Positions 8,484 through 15,334 of a stretch of DNA of 64,000 nucleotides are shown here, piece after piece. The stretch's first letter is position 1; every line of letters starts with the position of its first letter. This stretch comes from a virus (taxonomy: Duplodnaviria > Caudoviricetes). The position numbers and the translations under genes were made by a program. Under the pieces are notes generated by a model, which searched no databases, was not told the DNA's origin, and was given only the letters and a program-made list of their open reading frames with translations. The stretch lies in the IMG/VR virus record IMGVR_UViG_3300023267_000001, positions 12,043-76,042 of that record; one strand, 5' to 3'.

Positions 8484-9511
8484 AATCTCCCTTCAAAAAC
8501 TGCAAGGTGGTAGGCTCCAACATCTCGCCGGAGGTCTATCTGCGCCAAGAGCCTGATGTCGTGGCTGGTAATCCAAAGATGGTCATGGGCCGGTCATCGC
8601 TGATGAAGTTCTTGGCCTGCCCCCACAAGTGGCTTAAATCGGTTCAGGACGACTCGGAATCACTCCGCTGGGGCAACGTGATTGACTGCGCATTGCTGAC
8701 TCCTGAATCATTCCAGCGGCGTTTTGTGGTGGCTCCTGAAACCTATCCAGCGGCCAAGGGTGAGGAGAAGCCTTGGAACTTTAACGCCACCTATTGCAAA
8801 GGATGGCGGTCTGACCGTGAGAGCGAGGGTTTTTCAGTCATTAAATCATCCGACATGGCAGAGGCTAACGCGGCGGTCAAAGCGATGGAGGAAAACGATT
8901 TTGCTGTTGAACTGCTTAAAAGTTCAGGCAAGCAAACGATGCTGGTCGGCGAATATCACGACGAGGCCACTGGAATTGTTGTCCCATTGAAAGCGTTGCT
9001 CGACTTTGAGCCAGTGAAAGAAATCGTTGACGGCTTTGATTTAAAGCCATCGCCATTTGCCCGCTATCTGGGTGACTTAAAAACCACGGAAAGCGCAGCT
9101 CCAAGGGCATTTGAGAAGTCGATTTACACCTACAACTACGATGCCCAAGCATGGCTGTCCTTGACGCTCTATAACGCAGCGACAGGTGAACGCCGCGACG
9201 GCTGGCAGTTCATCATCCAAGAGAACAGCGCACCATTTGAGACGCCTGACCGTCATCCGGCCATTTACGAAGGAGGCGAGTTCATGCAGACCGGCGAGGC
9301 CAAGGTTATGCGCGCGCTGAAACTCTATTGCCAGTGCTTAAAAACCGGCATATGGCCGAGCTACCCGCTTGGTTCACGGATGAAGATTGGCAATTCGGCA
9401 TACGTCGCCAATCCAGAACCTTGGATGCTAAAACAAATCGTCGAAGGCATGGATGAAATCGTGATTCCTAGCGAGCAGCCCAAAGCCGAAACCAACGACG
9501 TGATTCCATGA
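8480..9511 (+). CDS. RecE/ExoVIII-like PD-(D/E)XK exonuclease (DUF3799-like)
   Basis: SLRWGNVIDC, KALLD, LGDLKTT, YxYxxQAxxY motifs. Confidence 0.8.
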   Translation: MKSPFKNCKVVGSNISPEVYLRQEPDVVAGNPKMVMGRSSLMKFLACPHKWLKSVQDDSESLRWGNVIDCALLTPESFQRRFVVAPETYPAAKGEEKPWNFNATYCKGWRSDRESEGFSVIKSSDMAEANAAVKAMEENDFAVELLKSSGKQTMLVGEYHDEATGIVVPLKALLDFEPVKEIVDGFDLKPSPFARYLGDLKTTESAAPRAFEKSIYTYNYDAQAWLSLTLYNAATGERRDGWQFIIQENSAPFETPDRHPAIYEGGEFMQTGEAKVMRALKLYCQCLKTGIWPSYPLGSRMKIGNSAYVANPEPWMLKQIVEGMDEIVIPSEQPKAETNDVIP

Positions 9512-9551
9512 CCAAAACCAGCAAGCCGATTCTGGCGCAGGAGTGAAATTT

Positions 9552-9794
9552 ATGAAAACAGCTAACGAATTAAGAAAAGAGTTTGTTCCAGCGTTTCCGA
9601 TGGTTTGCGATGACCTTAGTAAAAATCAGGTTATCCATGTGGGACTTGAAGCACGTGATTATTTCGCGGCAAGGTTCGCTTCCGCTGAAATTCAACGCAT
9701 CGGAATGGATGGTTGCGACAAATTTTTAATCTGCGCAATGGCCTACGAAATCGCCGACGCAATGATGGAGGCTAGGCAATTGGATACCAAATGA
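9552..9794 (+). CDS. small phage protein, distant paralog of 3424-3675
   Basis: PAFP..RDYFAA..AYEIADAMM. Confidence 0.7.
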   Translation: MKTANELRKEFVPAFPMVCDDLSKNQVIHVGLEARDYFAARFASAEIQRIGMDGCDKFLICAMAYEIADAMMEARQLDTK

Positions 9795-10069
9795 CCTCCA
9801 ACTTCAACCTCCCCGATGGCATGACTGGACGCGAATCAAATTTCTTTCCGCCTTACATGAAAACTTGCGAGGCGTGTTTTGGAAGCGGTGAAATACCTGC
9901 CGACGATATTCGCAAGCTGACGCTATGGGAGATGATTAAGGGTCTGTTTATTGAGACGTGGGATGAGTGTCCCGCATGCAAAGGTTATGGCGAGGTTGAA
10001 ATGACCAATGAAGAAATTGAATCCGAACGCGCGAGCCATGAGGATGATGGGCGGGATTTGGAGACTTGA
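9791..10069 (+). CDS. DnaJ-type Zn-finger small protein
   Basis: CEACFGSG and CPACKGYG (CxxCxGxG twice). Confidence 0.65.
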   Translation: MTSNFNLPDGMTGRESNFFPPYMKTCEACFGSGEIPADDIRKLTLWEMIKGLFIETWDECPACKGYGEVEMTNEEIESERASHEDDGRDLET

Positions 10070-10074
10070 AATTT

Positions 10075-10452
10075 ATGAAAAACTCTGAAACAATCGAACT
10101 GAACCGATTCTTGGCTGAAAATGTCATGGGTTGGAAGCTGCGTAATTACGAAACCGGAAAGCTGGCAAAAACGCCGGAAGAATATGCTGACGCGGCCACA
10201 AATGATGGTTGGGCTTGGTATAGCGCAAGCCACCAGTCAGACAAAGAAGCGTGGGAGTGGCAACCGTCTGCTGATGCCGCTTGTGCTTTTAAAGTGTTGA
10301 AGGCTATTGCGAAACATCATGCGAACCCGATTCAAATATGGGAGCGCAGCGGTGTGTGGAGAGTTTCCCAAAGCCATCGGACTGATTATGAAGAAGCGGA
10401 AACACTTGAGCTGGCCATTTGTTATTATGCCAAAAACCTTTTCTCCAAATAA
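10075..10452 (+). CDS. phage ABA sandwich domain-like protein
   Basis: LNRFLAENVMGW..WQPSAD..AFKV..AETLELAIC pattern. Confidence 0.65.
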   Translation: MKNSETIELNRFLAENVMGWKLRNYETGKLAKTPEEYADAATNDGWAWYSASHQSDKEAWEWQPSADAACAFKVLKAIAKHHANPIQIWERSGVWRVSQSHRTDYEEAETLELAICYYAKNLFSK

Positions 10453-10454
10453 CC

Positions 10455-10835
10455 ATGCCAACAATCTCACACGCGGACTATTTAATGATGCAACGAAAGT
10501 TGCAGGGTGGTAGGAATGCGCTGGCTGACAGCCGTGAAGCTGGAGAGCAATCCACCGTCGAGAGCAAGCTGCACGAGCAAATAAAGGGTGAATGTAAACG
10601 TAGGTGCTGGCTGGCATTCCACGGGTCTATGGCACACAGGGCAATGCGAACTCTTGGGGAGCCAGATTTCACAATCGCCGCCAATGATGGCCGCGTGTTC
10701 TTTATCGAGGCCAAGACCAAGACTGGAAAGCTTTCGAGTGAACAGTTAGGTGTGGGGCATTTGTTGAATGCGTTGAATCAGCGATATAAAGTAGTCCGCA
10801 GCATTCAAGAATTTATTGACTTTGTGGAATCCTAA
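10455..10835 (+). CDS. VRR-NUC domain nuclease
   Basis: GEPDFTI..FFIEAKTKTGKLSSEQ..VVRS. Confidence 0.8.
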   Translation: MPTISHADYLMMQRKLQGGRNALADSREAGEQSTVESKLHEQIKGECKRRCWLAFHGSMAHRAMRTLGEPDFTIAANDGRVFFIEAKTKTGKLSSEQLGVGHLLNALNQRYKVVRSIQEFIDFVES

Positions 10836-10843
10836 TTTATGCT
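10816..10843 (+). promoter_or_regulatory. putative sigma70 promoter TTGACT-N16-TATGCT
   Basis: -35 at 10816-10821, -10 at 10838-10843; upstream of the cloverleaf RNA and the HNH gene. Confidence 0.5.
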
Positions 10844-10870
10844 CCTTGCATGCGACAATTTAAATTCATC

Positions 10871-10941
10871 TTCCCGTGCGCCGAAGGCCGAAAGGCTACT
10901 TCGCGGCCCTGCCGCAGTTGTCGCATACCGGCGCACGGGGA
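10871..10941 (+). ncRNA. C4/CI-like antisense RNA cloverleaf
   Basis: outer stem 10871-10883/10929-10941, GCC-GAAA-GGC and GCGGC/GCCGC hairpins, unpaired TTGTCGCAT complementary to two flanking ATGCGACAA copies. Confidence 0.6.
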
Positions 10942-10958
10942 TTCCTCAAAATGCGACA

Positions 10959-11453
10959 ATGAAAACTGCTCTGGAAAGATTCTGGTCTAAGGTTGATAAA
11001 AACGGGCCGGTTCCAAGCCATGTTCCTGAATTGGGAAAGTGCTGGAACTGGACTGGATGCAAAATTAAAAAAGGTTACGGACAATTCTCTAAAGGCTCCG
11101 GCAAGGTAATTGGTGCCCACAGATTTTCGTTTTTAATTCTCAACGGCAAGATTCCAGATGGAAATCTAATTTGCCATCGTTGTGACAACCCATCTTGCGT
11201 TAATCCCGACCATCTTTTCGCTGGAACATATGCCGAAAACGCAAAAGATTGCTCAAATAAAGGACGCGCCAAGGGAGGTACCGCAAGAGGAGTTAAACAC
11301 CCAGTCAGTAAACTAAGCGAAGAGGTGGTTCGCTATATTAAAACCCATAAATGGAAATATGGCGAGAAAGTGATTTTTGCTAAAAAGATTGGAGTTAGCC
11401 AAAGCCAAGTAGTGGCAATAGCTAAAGGAATTTGGTGGAAACACATAAAATGA
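10959..11453 (+). CDS. HNH homing endonuclease
   Basis: [42 protein letters not shown]; start moved to ATG 10959. Confidence 0.9.
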   Translation: MKTALERFWSKVDKNGPVPSHVPELGKCWNWTGCKIKKGYGQFSKGSGKVIGAHRFSFLILNGKIPDGNLICHRCDNPSCVNPDHLFAGTYAENAKDCSNKGRAKGGTARGVKHPVSKLSEEVVRYIKTHKWKYGEKVIFAKKIGVSQSQVVAIAKGIWWKHIK

Positions 11454-11490
11454 AACACTTCTGCCGCACATTTTGGCCGGAAAGGTTTAT

Positions 11491-11712
11491 ATGAAAATAA
11501 TGTTATGTGATTCCAGAGCCGAAAGGCTCGCTGTCTTGTTGGCTGAAAGCACGACAAATCATTGTTTTGTTATTGAAAGAGAAAGAACTCCAGAGCTTAC
11601 CAAAGATGTTTTGGAAGCAATTACCAAAGAACTTTGCGCTGTTAAAGATGATGGTAAACCCAATCAGCCTTTTTACATGGCATTACCGAAATACAAAAAG
11701 AGGAACAAATAA
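11491..11712 (+). CDS. hypothetical phage protein
   Basis: short ORF in the operon. Confidence 0.55.
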   Translation: MKIMLCDSRAERLAVLLAESTTNHCFVIERERTPELTKDVLEAITKELCAVKDDGKPNQPFYMALPKYKKRNK

Positions 11713-11761
11713 CCTATGACCCAACCCGAAAGGAAAATGATATGAAGACATCAAAATATAA

Positions 11762-12514
11762 TTGGCCTTACAGCCACAACTAATGAAACAATGTGAAAAT
11801 CCAGATGAATGTACATATTCAGACTGTCCAACAGCGTTCTGTGATAAGAATAACCCTATGACCCCACCCGAAACTAAATTGCTGCCGTGTCCTTGGTGCA
11901 AAGCGAAACCCAACTGGAATGATGATTTTAAAGTTTATGACATCATTCATTCAGATATTTGCCCGTTGCAATTTCATATCGAGTTCATTAGGCCATCGCA
12001 GGTAAATCAATGGAACACCCGCCAACCATCCCCCGAACTGGAAAGAGTTTCACTACCTTGCTGGCTTAAAAAGCAGCAAGAATATCTACATATTCAAACT
12101 ACGAATGAATTAAGAACATCCGAACTGGAAAAGTTGAAAGAATATATCGGCCTGTGTCACGAGCATGAACATGACCTGCGTAAGGAACTGGAAAAGTTGC
12201 AGGCTGATTGTGTGGCAGCGAAAGACTTATTGTTGCTGATTCATAATACAGAAAACTGCCCGCTCTGTTCTTGTGGTGAAATGGGTGAAAACTTTGATAA
12301 CTGCCATTACACTCACGCCCTCTCCACCACTTCCGGTCAGCAGCTACTGGAAGAGTTGGCAGAGGCGAGGAAAGATAGGGAATGGCTCGACTTTGCTATA
12401 CTTTATCCCAATAAATTTCTTAAACTAATGGAGACACGAGCGCATGGTGGATTCCCAGAACAAGAAAAGAAACAAGGTCGCCACGCCATTGACGAAGCCA
12501 TAAAAAGCCAATGA
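11762..12514 (+). CDS. Lar-like Zn-ribbon plus coiled-coil protein
   Basis: LLPCPWC motif typical of Lar restriction-alleviation domains; alternative start at 11858. Confidence 0.55.
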   Translation: MALQPQLMKQCENPDECTYSDCPTAFCDKNNPMTPPETKLLPCPWCKAKPNWNDDFKVYDIIHSDICPLQFHIEFIRPSQVNQWNTRQPSPELERVSLPCWLKKQQEYLHIQTTNELRTSELEKLKEYIGLCHEHEHDLRKELEKLQADCVAAKDLLLLIHNTENCPLCSCGEMGENFDNCHYTHALSTTSGQQLLEELAEARKDREWLDFAILYPNKFLKLMETRAHGGFPEQEKKQGRHAIDEAIKSQ

Positions 12515-12858
12515 AACCCCGCAAACCAAGAAATCGCCGGTTGCCAGAGGGTCGCAGGAATCGACAGTTAAAACGAGCCATTGGCCGGATTGACATCACG
12601 AAATGTGGTGCGCCAGCCGGTCATTCGCTTTACGATTTCCTGTTAGGTGAAGTGGAGGCATCAAAGATAGTTGATGTGGCTTTGAAGCAAGGTATTTCAG
12701 AACATCGCTGCGAGCTGCTGGGCGAACTTGAATTGCAGGCTCTTTACTCCGAAACCGTGAATGATTACAGCGGGCCTCCGGTGGCAAAGGTTTCGGAGCC
12801 GCAAGACCCAAATAAATTTGAGCCTAAAACAATTCAAGGCCCAAGCCTTTCGACCTGA
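12511..12858 (+). CDS. hypothetical protein, last gene of the left operon
   Basis: ATGA overlap with the upstream gene. Confidence 0.6.
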   Translation: MKPRKPRNRRLPEGRRNRQLKRAIGRIDITKCGAPAGHSLYDFLLGEVEASKIVDVALKQGISEHRCELLGELELQALYSETVNDYSGPPVAKVSEPQDPNKFEPKTIQGPSLST

Positions 12859-12884
12859 GCCTTGGTGTTTTGGTGGATGGTAGA

Positions 12885-13091
12885 TTAAGCGGCTCCAGAC
12901 TTTGCCAGAGCGTCGGCCAGATAGCCAGCAGCAGTTTTCTTTCCCCACTTTTCTGACAGCGCATCCCAGTCAGCGGCAGTCAGCGGGGCGGTCGCCTCTT
13001 TCTTGATGAGCAAAACGATGTCGGTCACAAGTTCGGCTCCAAGCGGAATGGCGGCTTGGATTAGGATAGACCAAAGCTGGGGAGGTATCAT
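12885..13091 (-). CDS. small amphipathic/membrane protein
   Basis: hydrophobic N-terminal half; last gene of the minus-strand membrane cassette. Confidence 0.65.
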   Translation of the reverse strand: MIPPQLWSILIQAAIPLGAELVTDIVLLIKKEATAPLTAADWDALSEKWGKKTAAGYLADALAKSGAA

Positions 13092-13097
13092 AAGATT

Positions 13098-13529
13098 TTA
13101 TCGGACGATTGGGGTTGACGGGACGAATTGAGCGATGAACAAGGTCAGGTCGGTTGCCGCACTGATTGCGCGCGTCTGGAAGTCCGGGGAGCCGATTGCC
13201 GAGCCATTGGTTCCAGCAGCTATCACAGCGGCATTGGCCGCGCACCAAGCATTGTAGGCTTGAAGGTATTGCCCGTGCTTCTGGCTGGCCTCCTGCCACG
13301 TTTTGTCAGATGCCACCCACGCGGACAACTGGGACTGGGTTGCGGTCGCTCCTAGGGCATTCTTGGCGCGCGCAACCTCGTAGGAAGCGAGTCCTTGCAT
13401 TGCTTTATCGACCGCATTGCCGACTGCATCCGTGGTTTTGTAAGCCACTGTTTCGACCTTGCAACTTGCACCACACAGGAACGTGGTTACAAAGGCTGTG
13501 ATTAAAAGAAGTTGGGTTAGTTTTTTCAT
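13098..13529 (-). CDS. putative lipoprotein (spanin-like position)
   Basis: MKK plus hydrophobic core and lipobox-like CGASC. Confidence 0.65.
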   Translation of the reverse strand: MKKLTQLLLITAFVTTFLCGASCKVETVAYKTTDAVGNAVDKAMQGLASYEVARAKNALGATATQSQLSAWVASDKTWQEASQKHGQYLQAYNAWCAANAAVIAAGTNGSAIGSPDFQTRAISAATDLTLFIAQFVPSTPIVR

Positions 13530-13535
13530 GGTGTT

Positions 13536-13667
13536 TCAGGATTTAACCAGCGCATTCACCGCAAGCAGGATAACCGCCACTGGAATCAGCGGCCAAGCGG
13601 GTTTGGCGATGCCGACCACGGCAAGGATTAGGGCGATTACAGGGAGGATGGTATGGATTGATTGCAT
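13536..13667 (-). CDS. 43-aa two-TM protein (holin candidate), absent from the ORF track
   Basis: translated by hand: MQSIHTILPVIALILAVVGIAKPAWPLIPVAVILLAVNALVKS; fills the gap exactly. Confidence 0.7.
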   Translation of the reverse strand: MQSIHTILPVIALILAVVGIAKPAWPLIPVAVILLAVNALVKS

Positions 13668-13672
13668 AATTT

Positions 13673-14080
13673 TCAGACCGCAGGTGGCTTCGTTTGTGGA
13701 ACTTCCACCGGCTCAACCGTGGCTCCGGTGGAAACATCTTTCAATTCAACACTTGGCTTCGCCACGTTAGGCGGCGTCGGCGTAAGCTGCGGATTCACTT
13801 CGAGGGCTGTGTGTGCGAGCAATCGGCCAAAGATTCCGGTCTGCCACCCATCAGGCACCAGTTTGCGAAGAACGCGGGCGAGAATAAGGATGGCCGCACC
13901 AAGACTGCCAATGGCCTCAATGAGCTTGGTGATTCCGCTTTCAAGCTGGGCCAGTTGGCCAGAAGCAGGCGGAACCGCGTTGGTGGTAAATTCGTTGTAA
14001 ACGATTGGCTGCGCGTGGCAGAAAAGGATGGCTCCAAAAAGTAGGATGGTTGCGGTGACGAATCCAGTAATCAGTCTCAT
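13673..14080 (-). CDS. signal-peptide membrane protein (holin-like)
   Basis: MRLITGFVTATILLFGAILFCHA|Q, internal TM segment, Pro-rich tail. Confidence 0.65.
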   Translation of the reverse strand: MRLITGFVTATILLFGAILFCHAQPIVYNEFTTNAVPPASGQLAQLESGITKLIEAIGSLGAAILILARVLRKLVPDGWQTGIFGRLLAHTALEVNPQLTPTPPNVAKPSVELKDVSTGATVEPVEVPQTKPPAV

Positions 14081-14124
14081 AAAATAAATGCTACGCCTCT
14101 TATTCTGGCTTTCAAGGACTATTT

Positions 14125-14553
14125 TCACCCCATCGCCTTGACCACCGCCTGTTTCAACTTCTCGGTATCAACGAATTTATCAATGACATCGTATTGCAAA
14201 GCCTTGGCCGCGCTCAAAAGCTCTTCGCTGAAATGTCCGGTGACAATGGTTACTGGCGTTAAGGGAGCAAGCTGGCGCACTTCGGACAGGGTTTCCACGC
14301 CGTTTCTGCCGACTGGAAATGCGAGGTCGAGGAAAATTCTGGTGAATGGTCGGGCACTTTTTACCAGTTCAATCGCCATGTCGCCGGATGTGGCGATTTC
14401 CGCCGAGCAACCGATGTCGTCTAATGCGCGTTTAAGAATCGTGGCGTCCTGTTTGTCATCATCCACCACCAGAACACGACGCGGCAGCGTTCGCGGGATT
14501 GCACCCGTTAGGTTCCGCAAGCCTTCGCACAGTTCTAAAGTGATTTGAGTCAT
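14125..14553 (-). CDS. stand-alone response regulator receiver (CheY-like)
   Basis: VLVVDDD, FLDL (phospho-Asp), GRNGVE, IVTG and IDK all present; no output domain. Confidence 0.9.
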   Translation of the reverse strand: MTQITLELCEGLRNLTGAIPRTLPRRVLVVDDDKQDATILKRALDDIGCSAEIATSGDMAIELVKSARPFTRIFLDLAFPVGRNGVETLSEVRQLAPLTPVTIVTGHFSEELLSAAKALQYDVIDKFVDTEKLKQAVVKAMG

Positions 14554-14879
14554 GTTCCAAACATCCTGTTCACAACCGCCACTATGATTGCAGCAATAAC
14601 CACGCCTCCCAGCCAGAGGCAGGCTCGTTTGCCAGCGTTCGTTTTTTTAATCAAAGCCGCCTCGGACTGCCGCGACTGGCCGACGAAAATTACAAACTGT
14701 GCGTTTTGCCACCGGATGATGTATTCAAGCTTGCTGATTGCAAGCAGCACCGGCCTGTCGCGCTCGTCAAATTCTTCAAGCTGGCTCTGCGTCAAAACTC
14801 CCTCGATGTTCTGAGGAACGGCTTCAACTGGCTTTATAAACATCTGACTTTCGATTTCCGGCAGGAATTGTTCGGCCAT
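14550..14879 (-). CDS. membrane protein with C-terminal TM helix
   Basis: helical region followed by LWLGGVVIAAIIVAVVN; ATGA-coupled to the receiver gene. Confidence 0.7.
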   Translation of the reverse strand: MAEQFLPEIESQMFIKPVEAVPQNIEGVLTQSQLEEFDERDRPVLLAISKLEYIIRWQNAQFVIFVGQSRQSEAALIKKTNAGKRACLWLGGVVIAAIIVAVVNRMFGT

Positions 14880-14883
14880 ATTT

Positions 14884-15333
14884 TCAAGGCGACGCAGAGT
14901 ATTTGACCGCGTTGATTTTTATCATCTGCAACTTCCAGAATCTTTGGGCTTCCGTCGTCGGAAATGTCACCGAAGATTGAATCGACCAGTTAACGCCGAG
15001 GTCGGAGCTTGTCAAAACATTGAGCGTCGCAGATGGAATCTTCCAAACCTGAACCTCGCCACTAAACGGCGTGATGACCTGCTTTCCCTGCTTGTTGGTG
15101 CAAATCTGGGTGAAAGCGAAATAGTTGACACCGTCCTTGAGCCAGCCATCGCTGAACGCAAGGCTGTTGGACATCGAAAGATAGGGCGTAGCATAGTTTC
15201 CAGTTGCCGCGTTACCCTGCCAAACAGTCGTAGCCGAGCCGGGAACCTTGTTCGTGGCATCCGGCCAAGTGAACAGGCTGTCAGCCTGTGAGGTAAGGCA
15301 GGCGGCTAATGCGATGGCGGCGGCGAGTTTCAA
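14884..15333 (-). CDS. secreted small beta-rich (FN3-like) protein
   Basis: signal peptide MKLAAAIALAACLTSQA|D; C-terminal TSSDLGVNW..RFWKL motif. Confidence 0.7.
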   Translation of the reverse strand: MKLAAAIALAACLTSQADSLFTWPDATNKVPGSATTVWQGNAATGNYATPYLSMSNSLAFSDGWLKDGVNYFAFTQICTNKQGKQVITPFSGEVQVWKIPSATLNVLTSSDLGVNWSIQSSVTFPTTEAQRFWKLQMIKINAVKYSASP

Positions 15334-15334
15334 T

